From: Histomonas meleagridis 2922-C6/04-290x
Taxonomy: Eukaryota > Protista > Parabasalia
Direction of reading: 5' to 3'
DNA: 64,000 nt
Assembly: GCA_020184695.1 (NCBI GenBank)
Contig: JAANOX010000265.1
Span: 62,001-126,000, forward strand
Position 1 is the stretch's first letter. Every line of letters begins with the position of its first letter. Shown here piece after piece: positions 11,536 through 22,895 of the stretch. Under the pieces are notes generated by a model. It worked only from the letters and a program-made list of their open reading frames with translations. It was not told the origin of the DNA and did no database searches. A program made the translations under genes and the position numbers.

Positions 11536-11829
11536 TAGTTAAATTAATTCTTGAACAAAAAGGAATTGATATTAATGCTAAAGATGAAATTTAATTTAAT
11601 AATTCAATATTATAAAATAACATTTGGAAATTATCCAAATTATTTTGCACAGCACTTCTGAAAGCATATAAAAATAGTGATATAGAAAGTCGAATAGTTT
11701 TCGCTATGATCGGCAAATTCAAAAAGTGAAAATCGAGATAAAAAAGTCATATTTTAACGGTCATAAATTTTCTTGAGGGCTTAAGGACAAGCTGAAGTTG
11801 ATTCTGATATTCTACATTACAATGTGTGG

Positions 11830-11852
11830 ATATATATATATATATATATATA
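11830..11852. repeat. (TA)n microsatellite
   Basis: About 11 TA units. Confidence 0.9.
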
Positions 11853-11923
11853 CATATATTTGAATTTGGAACAGAACCTCGATCGTCCTTTGATTTGTTT
11901 GTGTGAAGGACGTTTATAATTAG

Positions 11924-13696
11924 CAACTGAACCTTGAGGAATTTGCCCAAATTGTTTTCCATTTCTTCCAATCTATTGGAACAAAAGAACACATAAAATA
12001 TCAAGAAGTACTTCAAGAAATCAGGGGATCTCAATTATCTTTGCAACTTTCTTTAGATTCACTTGATTCATTCAGTGATCAGCGTTTCTTAGTAATATCT
12101 TTAATATTTCTAAGGGACAACATCATTTCAAAATGGAAAACTTTTCCTAAAGAACTTCAAGAAAAAATTTTTCAAAAAATTTGTACTTTGATTCAAAATT
12201 CGTTGGATGAAATAAATCCATGTTTGACAAAGTCAATAGTTTGTTTATCTGATATTATTTCTTTTTCGTTTGATCTTTTTGATTCAATTGGATTTTTAAC
12301 CAATTTTAAGAAATGTATTTTCTTCATCAGTTTTATTGAAGAACTTAATGATGATTTCATTCAACAACAGTTAGAAATTGGATATATAACACATCTTCAA
12401 AACTTCATACTCCCATTTATTTTCGAACTTCTTGCACAAATTGGGATTTCAGAACCATTTTTCAATCTCTTCAGAAAATCATTTGAATGTTCACCTAACT
12501 TCCAACCGTTTATCCAATTTTTACCCATTCTTGAAGAATCTCTTAAATATCCTCAATTTTATTTATCAATATATTCAATAGTTCAAACTGTACTTCATTC
12601 TAAGCCAATTGCATCCAATCATCCAGATGCAATTTTTTTCAGATCAATTATTGTAATTAGTGTAAAACTTTCAAATTATCTACTTAACTTAAATGAATTC
12701 GATGCGGCTTTTGAACTTTGGCAAGATATAATTAGTTTTTCACCAAATGGCATCCTTTCTGATGTAAATAATATTTCATTTACTGAAAATTTAATAAATG
12801 AATTTATAAAAATAATAAATTTGATACCAAATGAATTTGAAAAGTATCAAAATGCATTCAATGATTTTTGTATTTTTTTCTCTCATTTTACAAATGAATC
12901 CATATTTGTAAAAGAAAAAATTATATTTTTTCATATCATAATTAATATATTAGATAATAATTATAATGAAATATTAAATGATTCCTTAAAATTATTAATA
13001 AATTCAATGAATGAAAATCTTATAAATGAAATAATCAATGAAAAATTAACAAATTCACCTTCGCCAGGAATTTTTATTGCAATTTGTTGTATGAAATCAA
13101 CACCAAATCTCATTATTGAAAAATGTTGTAATTGTGCTATTAACTTTTCAGCAAATATTCCACCAAATCATTTAGCTATTTTTATATTAAAATTTGGTAA
13201 TAATATTCCAGAGTTAAGAAATGAATGGTTAAAAATTTTAATTAATTTAATTCCAATTATAAATTGGAATGCAATAAATGTTGTTTGTTCTTTATTAAAT
13301 AAATATAATGACTTAATCAATTTTGTTCCAAACAATATCATACAAGAAGTGATTTTAAGTATTGATAAAATCGGTCCTACGAATTTGATTATATCTCTTA
13401 AATTTTTACGTTTATTTTTTCAAAATTTCCCGAATGAAATTTTAGTTAAATATGAAACAGCAATTTTATCTTTTGAATTAATAGCTCTTGAAACGTGTGA
13501 TGAAAATGTTTTATTATCATTTATTTCATTAATACATCATTTTAATATGATTTTAAATGGTAACTCCGAATTTAAATCACAATTTTTTCCAAAAGTTTTA
13601 AATTTGTTCCAGACCAAAGCAGATAATTTCAATATCGATTTTTTTCAAAAAGCATATTTTGAACTCCTTCGTATTCTTAATAATAATTTTCAATAA
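11924..13696 (+). CDS. ARM/HEAT-repeat protein, karyopherin-beta/exportin-like N-terminus; start codon uncertain
   Basis: The frame stays open upstream of the track's TTG start to a TAG at 11921. Contains an IBN_N-like segment FLVISLIFLRDNIISKWKTFPKELQEKI and is helical Leu/Ile-rich throughout. Confidence 0.55.
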   Translation, partial: QLNLEEFAQIVFHFFQSIGTKEHIKYQEVLQEIRGSQLSLQLSLDSLDSFSDQRFLVISLIFLRDNIISKWKTFPKELQEKIFQKICTLIQNSLDEINPCLTKSIVCLSDIISFSFDLFDSIGFLTNFKKCIFFISFIEELNDDFIQQQLEIGYITHLQNFILPFIFELLAQIGISEPFFNLFRKSFECSPNFQPFIQFLPILEESLKYPQFYLSIYSIVQTVLHSKPIASNHPDAIFFRSIIVISVKLSNYLLNLNEFDAAFELWQDIISFSPNGILSDVNNISFTENLINEFIKIINLIPNEFEKYQNAFNDFCIFFSHFTNESIFVKEKIIFFHIIINILDNNYNEILNDSLKLLINSMNENLINEIINEKLTNSPSPGIFIAICCMKSTPNLIIEKCCNCAINFSANIPPNHLAIFILKFGNNIPELRNEWLKILINLIPIINWNAINVVCSLLNKYNDLINFVPNNIIQEVILSIDKIGPTNLIISLKFLRLFFQNFPNEILVKYETAILSFELIALETCDENVLLSFISLIHHFNMILNGNSEFKSQFFPKVLNLFQTKADNFNIDFFQKAYFELLRILNNNFQ

Positions 13697-13907
13697 AAAA
13701 TGCATGTAATATTATTTTTAAAATTAAATTTTTTTTCAAACATGTTTATTAACACAACATAACGATAGAAAAATCAATGATTTAAATATCGTTTTTCCCT
13801 GAAAACCATCATCGTCACATAGAAATTTCCATCGTCCATAAAAACAATTTTATATCAAATCGTTTTTATTATTATTTATAATTTTTTGCTATATAAAAAC
13901 AAACAAA

Positions 13908-16877
13908 TTATTCGATTTGCAAGATCAAATCCTCATTATTTTCGTTAATCAAATTATTTTTCATTTTATTTGGATCAGATTCTTCAGAATCAGATTTCAC
14001 AATTCTTTCTTTATTTCTTTTATCCAACACAATCAAAACCACAATTATAACAAATCCAATCACAAACAAACAAACCGCCATCACAATAACAAAAATCGAA
14101 TTCTTATTAATTCCATTATTATTTCCGTCAGGTTCATCAGTCTTAATTCCCGTAAAGTTGCCCACAGATATCACAACTTTCACAGGCGCAGCGTTCGAAA
14201 TGAACACCGCGAGATACAAAGTTCCATCATCTCCATATTCGAAGTTTTCCTTTAGACTTAATCCGAATGTATTACAAGTCCAATAACCATTTGTTACTTT
14301 ACCGATATCCGTTGTACTATAACAATAAAAAGCATTTAACGAATTCATTCTTGAAATCGATATTTCAACGCTTAAGTTAACACTCGGCTGTATTTTATAA
14401 TACGCGACTTCTTTATAGTATAAATAACGTTGAATCGAAGTGTTACTATTTAAAGTTATAACTTTTGTATTACAACTTATGCCTATGTAACCATTATTAC
14501 ATTTACATATTCCATTAATACTTTTACCTTTACCATTACAATTAGCAATGTAATTTTTAGTATTAATAGATTTTAAGTATAAAGGATTTGTATTTAGATC
14601 AGTGTTATTAAATCCGCCATTAACTACAATCGCATAATTAATTTCGATGTTATCCATCGGATATTCATTCGAGAAAATATGGATTTCATATTTACCAATT
14701 ATTATATCTTTCATTGGTATTATGATTCGTTCGATTGTAGAGAATTGATCACTATCACTAAATGTTAAATTATTACCATAATAATATTTACCATTTGGTG
14801 ATAACACAACTAAATCTAAATCACTAAATAATGGAGAAACATTCTCATAATTTAATGGCGGATCTAAATAACACATTGTAATTCTTAAATCAGTTGTATT
14901 CGTTGTGATATATATTTCATATGCTTTATGTGAATTCGTTTTAATTGTTTCTTGATCAATAATACGAATTCCTTTCATTTCATTATTAAGAAATAGTTCT
15001 TTTAATGATGGAATACCAAAGCCACAATCTAAGCCTGGCCCACTTTTATCTTTTACTGTTGGTATAGCACAATTAATAATCATTGCTCTTAACAAACATG
15101 ATGTTGGTATTATTTCAACGCCAATTCCTTTCTTAATATAAGGATACCAACTTTGCACAAAGAATTGGCGAATAATTGATGCAACACCAGAGATAAATGG
15201 TGTTGCCATCGATGTACCTGATTTAGGAGTTATGGAATAACTAATATCAGTGGAAAATATTTCATGTTCTTCAGGGCCATGTGAATATGCACTTAATATG
15301 TTAATTCCTGGAGACATTATATCAGGTTTACTTACAGAGATCGATGATGGCCCTTTAGAAGACATTTCGGATACTGATGGTATTTCTTGTAAACCTTCGT
15401 AAGGTAAAATTGTAAGTTTATCATATGAATATATTTCTTTATTATTAATAGATATAATTGGTATTGATCTTGATGTTATACATTGGCTTTGAATACTTTC
15501 ATTATATATTATGATCGATGCGTTATTTGATATGATTTCTTGTATTATGTCGCAAAAATTATTTGTTATGTTTCCATCAATGAAAACAATTTTTTGTTGA
15601 TAATCATCAATTGTTTTATTATAAAAAATTGTTTTTACATTAATGAAATATTTAATTGGAGTCGTAATACTCATTTTATATATATTTCGATTTTTATCTG
15701 TTCCATTATAAGTTCGATTAAATTCATTTGATATTATTGTTACTAAATTTGTTTTCTCATTTGTCATTGCTGATACAGTATTAGCTGCGGAAACAGTTAA
15801 TACATTTTTCGAATCAGATGGACAATTAATCGAATTAAACTCATAATCATTACCAGCGGCAAATACAAATAAAATGTTCGGGTTATTATATGTTATTAAG
15901 TTAAATTTATACGTCTCAATAGAACTTGGACTATTATAACTCCAACTATTAGATGAAATATATGAGCCAACGCTTTTCATTAACTCAATTAATTCATCAA
16001 GATTAACTTCCCCTGATAAATCCCCAAAATATTCGGAATTACCGGCATCATAGACAAATAATTTGGATTCTGGTGCAACGCCATTATATTGTGATAATGC
16101 ACAATCACTACAATTAGTGTTACCAGCAATAATACCACAAACATGTGTACCATGGCCAGTACTATAATCTTTATTATCAACTAATGGTTCAATACGAACA
16201 ACTTTCCGGTGATTATAATTGGTTTTACCTGTGATGGAGTCAAGTGTTTGCATAGGATCACGAAACATTGGATGTGAAATATCAATCCCCGTATCAACAA
16301 CATTCACAATTTCTCCTTCACCAGTAAGACCTAATGAATGAATAACTCGTGGCGGTGCATATATGTCGTCTTGATAGATATTTCGTGATATATGAGATTG
16401 TAAAAAACCTGTTGTATAACGATTAAGAAGACGCATCTTGGGCGCAGGAATGATGTGTAGGATATTGGGATCTGAATTTATGGGTTTAGTAAAGGAAACA
16501 CGATAAAGAAAATTGGATATCTTTTCTTTAATAATGGCATTCGTGGGATGCCAATCATTAGTGGCTTCAACATAGTAGTCAGTATTTAAGTCAAGTACTT
16601 GTTTTATTTTTTTATTTGATTCAATTGGATACAATTTAAAAATGTTTTTTTGATTTTCTAAATATTCTATCTGTTTTGTTGACAAATATAACTTGAAGAC
16701 ACCTGTTTGGATAAGATTTTCTGGTAAAAATCGTATTCCTGCTTCGTTTTGAATCAATGTTAGATTGGTAATCGCTGTTAAAATTTCAACAATGAACCAT
16801 CCTTGCGTAAAATAATATGATCCTCGTGTTTGGTATTGGCTTCCGAGCTTGAAAGCTGTTAGACTTGGAAGCACCAT
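13908..16877 (-). CDS. Subtilisin-like serine peptidase (S8) with EGF-like module and C-terminal TM
   Basis: Catalytic motifs VVDTGID, GHGTHVCG, FAAGN and SGTSMATP; CNGKGKSINGICKCNNGYIGISC; TM before DKRNK. Confidence 0.92.
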   Translation of the reverse strand: MVLPSLTAFKLGSQYQTRGSYYFTQGWFIVEILTAITNLTLIQNEAGIRFLPENLIQTGVFKLYLSTKQIEYLENQKNIFKLYPIESNKKIKQVLDLNTDYYVEATNDWHPTNAIIKEKISNFLYRVSFTKPINSDPNILHIIPAPKMRLLNRYTTGFLQSHISRNIYQDDIYAPPRVIHSLGLTGEGEIVNVVDTGIDISHPMFRDPMQTLDSITGKTNYNHRKVVRIEPLVDNKDYSTGHGTHVCGIIAGNTNCSDCALSQYNGVAPESKLFVYDAGNSEYFGDLSGEVNLDELIELMKSVGSYISSNSWSYNSPSSIETYKFNLITYNNPNILFVFAAGNDYEFNSINCPSDSKNVLTVSAANTVSAMTNEKTNLVTIISNEFNRTYNGTDKNRNIYKMSITTPIKYFINVKTIFYNKTIDDYQQKIVFIDGNITNNFCDIIQEIISNNASIIIYNESIQSQCITSRSIPIISINNKEIYSYDKLTILPYEGLQEIPSVSEMSSKGPSSISVSKPDIMSPGINILSAYSHGPEEHEIFSTDISYSITPKSGTSMATPFISGVASIIRQFFVQSWYPYIKKGIGVEIIPTSCLLRAMIINCAIPTVKDKSGPGLDCGFGIPSLKELFLNNEMKGIRIIDQETIKTNSHKAYEIYITTNTTDLRITMCYLDPPLNYENVSPLFSDLDLVVLSPNGKYYYGNNLTFSDSDQFSTIERIIIPMKDIIIGKYEIHIFSNEYPMDNIEINYAIVVNGGFNNTDLNTNPLYLKSINTKNYIANCNGKGKSINGICKCNNGYIGISCNTKVITLNSNTSIQRYLYYKEVAYYKIQPSVNLSVEISISRMNSLNAFYCYSTTDIGKVTNGYWTCNTFGLSLKENFEYGDDGTLYLAVFISNAAPVKVVISVGNFTGIKTDEPDGNNNGINKNSIFVIVMAVCLFVIGFVIIVVLIVLDKRNKERIVKSDSEESDPNKMKNNLINENNEDLILQIE

Positions 16878-17610
16878 TTTTTAAAAAAAATTGAAAAAAG
16901 CTTCGGTGATTATCGAAGTATGAATTCAGAACTTTTTGTATTGAATTTAAATTATGTCGAATATAATATCTGAATTGGGATACTTTTTGTGTTGCTTTAT
17001 CTTTGCCAATACAGCGTTTTTTTTATGGTTCATCCATGAAGATAGGAATGATTTCTTCGAATATTGGTTATATTTTAGGTGCTTGTATATGAAATCAATC
17101 ATATTCTTATCGAAGAAAATATCGAATTTGGTTACTTCAAAGCGAAATTAAAATCATTATTTATTGTACAAAAAACTCATATTAAATTCCATATAACTTT
17201 TCATTTAGTAACTTTTCTACTTAAAGTTTTTGATGTTTTAAGTTGAAATTGGTAAAATTTAATCGCATTATTCAAGCAGCTTAAAATAGATTTAAAGCTA
17301 ACATACTTCTTAGTGCCCACTCTTTATCATAGCAATATTTATAGCTTTTTAATAATGATGAAAGATTTGAATTTCAAATTTCTTGCTTTTTAAGGGGATA
17401 CTTGCTAGCTTATTTTGTATAAAATCAATAATTTTCCAACAGCATAAGTTGCCATTTTTATTTTTGGAATGAATTTATAAACATCCCATCAAAGCTTTGA
17501 CAACACCTAACACACAAATTATTCGGAAAAAGTTCATCTTTTATCAGAATTTCCCACTTTTTCAATTCATGAAAAATTGCCCACTTGTTCAATTTCTCAA
17601 TAGGCAAAAA

Positions 17611-18225
17611 ATGGAAAAAGAATCATCATCAAAAGCCACGAAAAAAGTCATTTTAGTTGGTGACGATAAGGTTGGAAAAACTTCACTTCTCTATCGATTT
17701 AATGAAAAAAAATTTGATGCAGATATTCGGCCTACAGTTGTAATGAACTTGACCAATTTTACATACACAAAAGATGATAAAGTTCTTGATGTTAAATTTT
17801 ATGATACAGCAGGTCAAGAAAAATATAAGAGTTTATCAAAAATATTTTTTCTTGGTTCTGCCTTAGCTATCTGCGTTTTTGATGTTTGTCAACAAAGCAG
17901 TTTTGAAAGCATAAAAGAATGGATTCAATTAGTTCATCAATATTCTCCACATGCAATAATTTATGTAGTGGGAAATAAAAAAGATTTAGAAGGTGAATTA
18001 CCTCATGTTTCAAAATATGAGGCCTTGAATTTTGCCAAAAACATTAATGCATGTTTCTTTTTTACATCTGCAAAGACAGGTGAAAATGTGGATAATTTAT
18101 TTAATAAGATCATATCTGATCTTTGGGAACAATTATTAAATACAGTGGATCAAATACCACAACAAAATGGTGTTGATATTGCTCAATCAAGTAATCCAGC
18201 AAGACAAAATTCATGTTGCTCATAA
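17611..18225 (+). CDS. Rab-family small GTPase
   Basis: GDDKVGKTS, YDTAGQE, NKKD, TSAKTG and C-terminal SCCS. The ATG at 17611 is preferred over the track start. Confidence 0.92.
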   Translation: MEKESSSKATKKVILVGDDKVGKTSLLYRFNEKKFDADIRPTVVMNLTNFTYTKDDKVLDVKFYDTAGQEKYKSLSKIFFLGSALAICVFDVCQQSSFESIKEWIQLVHQYSPHAIIYVVGNKKDLEGELPHVSKYEALNFAKNINACFFFTSAKTGENVDNLFNKIISDLWEQLLNTVDQIPQQNGVDIAQSSNPARQNSCCS

Positions 18226-18499
18226 ATATGAATCAAAGAGTAAAAAAAAATCCTTAGCTTAAACATTCATAATTTTTCTTTACCTTTCTTTAAAAATCTA
18301 AAACTGTTAAACATGTAAAGTACATGTAAATAATGTTAATATTATCTATTTAAATTAGAAATTTATGTTCTGTAAATAGAATATCATCAAAACACTTTTC
18401 AAAATTGAATAAACAAACGTTCAATGAAATGAACTCACTTCTGGAGCATGGCATAATTTTTTGAATAAAAATAATTTGTCACTTGTAATTCCTTAAAAT

Positions 18500-21019
18500 A
18501 TGGAATCAAATGATGAAGTAATTAGAGATGCAATAATTGGAATGATGAGTTCGCAAGATAACGATGAAATTCAGTACCACAATAATATTTTAATGAATGC
18601 TATGCGTCAACCAGTTCAATTTATATTTTCTTTAAACGAAATTCTTACACAATATCAAACAGATTCACGAATGATATATCATGTAATCATTAATTTAGGC
18701 AACACATTATCAGCACGTACTCATAGTTTAAAATATTATGAAAATCAATGGGTGCAAGTACCCGAAGAGAATCGAAATTTTTTAAAGGAAAATTTAATTC
18801 GGTTATTAACACATGAAAACGTAAATATTCGGCATAATGTTGGTTATTGTATTTCACGCCTTTATCGGATTGAAGAGATGAATAATTTATGGCCAAATTT
18901 TTATGAATTTTTATTCGAAAACATTCGAATGAAAAGCCACGGCGAAATTTATGTTGAAAGTTATTTACATATTCTCTTAGAGTTATATTTCCAAGACAGC
19001 GTCATCAAAGATGAGACATTTCAAGTCAACATATTCCAAGTTCTTAATGAATATATATCAAACCAAAGCACACCAATTCATGTCCGTATCATTTGCTTTA
19101 GGATATTACATACAGGTATTCCATATTTTGATTTCATCATTAAATGTCAAGAAGAAAACATTCATCGCTTTATTCGAAACATTTTACCTAATTTTTCGAT
19201 TGATAATATCGAATTACATGAACTTCTCTATGAAATTGTACAAATATTTATATCGCGTTATTTTGATATTATTCAAGATGACTTACGAAGCATATATAAT
19301 GTTATTTATTATGAGTTAATATCGAATATATTCCAAAAGCGGAAGTTAAGTATTAATTTATTAGCATCTATAGCATGTTCCGAATATGAACATCATAATC
19401 ATAACTTTGTACTTAATAGTTATCAAGTAATACTTCCTGTTTTATTAAAGAATTTACTCGTCCAAAACTTAAATGAATTATCGAGTGATAATAACGAAGA
19501 GTTTATACTAGTTAAACATAGTATTAATTGTTTAAACTTTTATCTTGAAGCAGAACCTGATATAATATTTCCGATATTAATCAAATTCATTGAAGAGAAC
19601 ATTAATGGAAATGAAATTCAACAATTATCAACTCTTTATGCAATTTATATTAGTTTAAAGCATAATTTTTTACCCAATTATATTAACTTCATTATGGATA
19701 AATGTCAATATGTTAATAATAATATAATACAAGAAACTTCTTTATTTTTATTAAAAACTATTTTGCAAATTTATCCGAATTTTATTTCAGAGCCAAAATA
19801 TTTTAATATATTATTAAATATATTATTACAAATATTAAATAATAATCAATATAAAAATATAATTAAACGAATATTTGAAATCCTTTTCTTTTTATTTAAG
19901 TGTTTCGATACTAATGAAAAACAAATTTTCTTAAGTTCCCAATTCGAATTAATATGGAACATCTATTTAACCATTTTTTCTACTGATGTTTATCGTGATC
20001 ATTATATCATTGTATCGATATTTGAATCATTTAATTCATTCATTAATCATTTAAGTGTTGAATCGAAAGATAATGTCGAAAACATAATAAAATTCATTTT
20101 CCAATTCATCGAAAATGAGAAAGAAAATCCGAAAGAAAATCAAATTGAAATTCTTACATTTTTATGTAGTGTAATAAGTACAATCATATTACGATGTCGA
20201 TCATTTATAGGTATTTTCATTGATGAAATAATGGCGCATATATTACCATTATTAGAAATCCAAGATTTCGAACTTTATTGTGAGATTATAATAATATTTA
20301 ATAGTTTGTGTCTTTTGTTTCGAGCTGATTTTATAAGATATTATCCGAATATATTAGAGCCAATTCGGTTAGTATATAATTCGGGTAATTTTCGTGTTAT
20401 GTCTTACGTGAGTACTTTTTTAGCTGATTTATACAACGATAATAATCAGCAACTTCAATTCTTGGATCAATATATCGATGCGTTCTTCACAAAAAGCATC
20501 GAAACACTTAAGTTGCCTTATCTTCCAAAGTATTATCGAGTCACATTCTTAAATTGTACAAGCGCTTTAGCATCGAAAATGAAACATCATTACATTCGAA
20601 TATTCGACGAAATATTTTTAATCATTTATTCGATTCAACAAGAAAACATTGACATCACGCAGCCTGATCAAAGAGATTATTGTTTCGATATATTCGAAGC
20701 AATCCTTTATTCGTATAATATATGTATACAGATTTGTGATGATAAAGAACATATTATGTTAAATATGAAACAAATTTTGGATTGCTTCGAAATAATGTTA
20801 AGATATTCATCTTACACACAAAAGAGTTTGCATTACTTCGTGAAGATTTTGTATCTGTTGGTGAACAGATGTGGTTATAAGTTCACAAAGTATTTGACCG
20901 CTAAGGAATACATAAAACCAATTATGGACATGGTGTTTCTTGGCGAAAATGAACAGCTGAAAGAAGAACTTCAAAGAACAATTCAACAAATTGACCTTTG
21001 TCAACTTAGAAAATATTAA
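18500..21019 (+). CDS. Importin-beta-like HEAT-repeat protein
   Basis: 839 aa with an IBN_N-like region: QWVQVPEENRNFLKENLIRLL..IRHNVGYCISRL..E...LWPNF. Confidence 0.7.
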   Translation: MESNDEVIRDAIIGMMSSQDNDEIQYHNNILMNAMRQPVQFIFSLNEILTQYQTDSRMIYHVIINLGNTLSARTHSLKYYENQWVQVPEENRNFLKENLIRLLTHENVNIRHNVGYCISRLYRIEEMNNLWPNFYEFLFENIRMKSHGEIYVESYLHILLELYFQDSVIKDETFQVNIFQVLNEYISNQSTPIHVRIICFRILHTGIPYFDFIIKCQEENIHRFIRNILPNFSIDNIELHELLYEIVQIFISRYFDIIQDDLRSIYNVIYYELISNIFQKRKLSINLLASIACSEYEHHNHNFVLNSYQVILPVLLKNLLVQNLNELSSDNNEEFILVKHSINCLNFYLEAEPDIIFPILIKFIEENINGNEIQQLSTLYAIYISLKHNFLPNYINFIMDKCQYVNNNIIQETSLFLLKTILQIYPNFISEPKYFNILLNILLQILNNNQYKNIIKRIFEILFFLFKCFDTNEKQIFLSSQFELIWNIYLTIFSTDVYRDHYIIVSIFESFNSFINHLSVESKDNVENIIKFIFQFIENEKENPKENQIEILTFLCSVISTIILRCRSFIGIFIDEIMAHILPLLEIQDFELYCEIIIIFNSLCLLFRADFIRYYPNILEPIRLVYNSGNFRVMSYVSTFLADLYNDNNQQLQFLDQYIDAFFTKSIETLKLPYLPKYYRVTFLNCTSALASKMKHHYIRIFDEIFLIIYSIQQENIDITQPDQRDYCFDIFEAILYSYNICIQICDDKEHIMLNMKQILDCFEIMLRYSSYTQKSLHYFVKILYLLVNRCGYKFTKYLTAKEYIKPIMDMVFLGENEQLKEELQRTIQQIDLCQLRKY

Positions 21020-21551
21020 TAAATTTATGAAAGTTTCAACTTTTTGTGAACTTTATATATGATAAGATCAAAATGGAATCAAAAAGTTGGTCATCATTGA
21101 GATTTTCATTAAATTATAATATGTATATTAATTATTGTATTTTTCTCCCTATGTGCAAATTTGTTATAAAAGAAACAACGTTTTTTAATCAAAATGTAAT
21201 GTTTGATACAGTATTAATAATTGCATCTAATATAAGAGCAGAAAAAGTCATTTTACTTCTTGAAAGAAGTTTCATTTTTATTTTGTCCTTTATATATATA
21301 AAATTCTATGTTGCTGATTTATCTTTGGTACTTTGTTTGTTTCAAAAAGAGACATTTATTTTTAAAAGCCAAATATATTAATATCGATGTTATAATTAGA
21401 TATTTTATTATATAAACATCAACTTATAATTATATTGTACATATGAAAATAAATTATCTCTTGAAAAACCTTGATCAACACGCGTTACAATACTAAAAAT
21501 ACTGTAATTACAAAATACTTAACAACTCAATTTTTACTTATAAAATAAGAG

Positions 21552-22895
21552 CTAATCCCAAATAACACATTTATAAACTTCGGCCAAATAACAACAAAAA
21601 CATGTTATAACAGCGAAAACTATTGTTCCCAAAACAGTAAAAGCAGCACCAGAAAACATAAGTTCGATTCCTAATTTCCTATTTAATTGAATTTTCTTTT
21701 GATTTGTAGTTAATAAATACATTTGTTGTATTGCGTCCGCTTTATTTCTTTTTATGGCAAATAAATCAAAAAAGTTAATCTCACAAATGTTTTTATCATT
21801 AAAATTTAATTCATTTGTTAATACATTTAAATTATATTTATCATTTATTAACATTTCAGTTTTATTAACTCGACATTTTTCATCAATATTATAATGTTTT
21901 GTTATTGCTGTTGAAGAAGGACATAATATTTGATACATGTTATCATTTGTACGTATATCGTCAAAGTATAAATCGAATTCATTAATATTTTTATAATAAT
22001 TTTCATTATTTATTTGAAATTTAATTTTATAATTATGAATCTCTAAAGTGAAATTACATTCATCAATATTATGCATTAAATATAACTTAAAATCATTTGT
22101 TAGAATTGGATATTGAAATGTGAAATTATAATGTTCATTAATTATTGGATATGTTTCATTTGTAATTTTATATATTGTTATATTCTTTGTGTTATTAATC
22201 ACTTCATTAAGTGGTAATGAATAAATTGATTCAACACAATCTTTAGAATGACGAACACTATAATAAATAGAACCAGTAATTAATATAATTATTCCACCAA
22301 AAAAGGATAAAAACATAAAACATCCAAACAATAAACAACATGGAAACGCAAAGGAAGGAGGTTCTTTCTTTTTACGCTTTGGTTCTAGTGGAATAGCAAT
22401 AGCATCAGTTTTCTCAGCAATAGCATAAGTTTTATCAGCAACGAGTTGTAGCAGCTCAGGAATGCCTTGGCCTGTACGGGCACTAACTTCTACATATGTA
22501 GCATTTATTCGTGTTGCACATGCTTCTCCATCATCTGTGCTAACTTGATGATCATATAAATCTGTTTTATTTGCAACTAAAAAAAGTTCATATTGTGATA
22601 GCTCGATGATTGAGTTTAACTCTTCAAGATGTGAATCAACATTTTCAAATGAGTTAATATCATTTACTGAATAAACAATAAGTATTGCTCGGGAGTTAGG
22701 TTGGATTATTCTCATTGCACGATAATCTGAAGAATTTTTTAGATCCCAAATTCTGAGATGAATTGAATACGTATCTGTTGTTATAATTTTGTCATAAAAA
22801 TCAGGACCTGTTATACTGGAGCCTTGCATTGAAGCAGCAATGCTTGACTTACCTACTTTGTGATCTCCTATAATAAAAACATTTGTGGGATACAT
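21552..22895 (-). CDS. Ras/Rab-like G domain fused to a two-TM protein with an Asn-rich luminal loop
   Basis: GDHKVGKSS, IWDLKN (degenerate G3), NKTD and EVSARTG, then hydrophobic segments FAFPCCLLFGCFMFLSFFGGIIILITGSIYY and LMFSGAAFTVLGTIVFAVITCFCCYLA. Confidence 0.8.
   Translation of the reverse strand: MYPTNVFIIGDHKVGKSSIAASMQGSSITGPDFYDKIITTDTYSIHLRIWDLKNSSDYRAMRIIQPNSRAILIVYSVNDINSFENVDSHLEELNSIIELSQYELFLVANKTDLYDHQVSTDDGEACATRINATYVEVSARTGQGIPELLQLVADKTYAIAEKTDAIAIPLEPKRKKKEPPSFAFPCCLLFGCFMFLSFFGGIIILITGSIYYSVRHSKDCVESIYSLPLNEVINNTKNITIYKITNETYPIINEHYNFTFQYPILTNDFKLYLMHNIDECNFTLEIHNYKIKFQINNENYYKNINEFDLYFDDIRTNDNMYQILCPSSTAITKHYNIDEKCRVNKTEMLINDKYNLNVLTNELNFNDKNICEINFFDLFAIKRNKADAIQQMYLLTTNQKKIQLNRKLGIELMFSGAAFTVLGTIVFAVITCFCCYLAEVYKCVIWD

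Larger units (their letters stand above)
9217..11690 (+). pseudogene. DUF3447-ankyrin gene with spacer-interrupted loops; disabled
   Basis: DUF3447 motif KYAVAGGNEEIIHLCEQ..AIEFHRNDIF. Lesions: frameshift near 9650, in-frame TAA at 10615-10617, and TIR element insertion at 10750-11535. Loops at 10322-10401, 10492-10554, 10645-10707 and 11586-11648. Confidence 0.8.
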
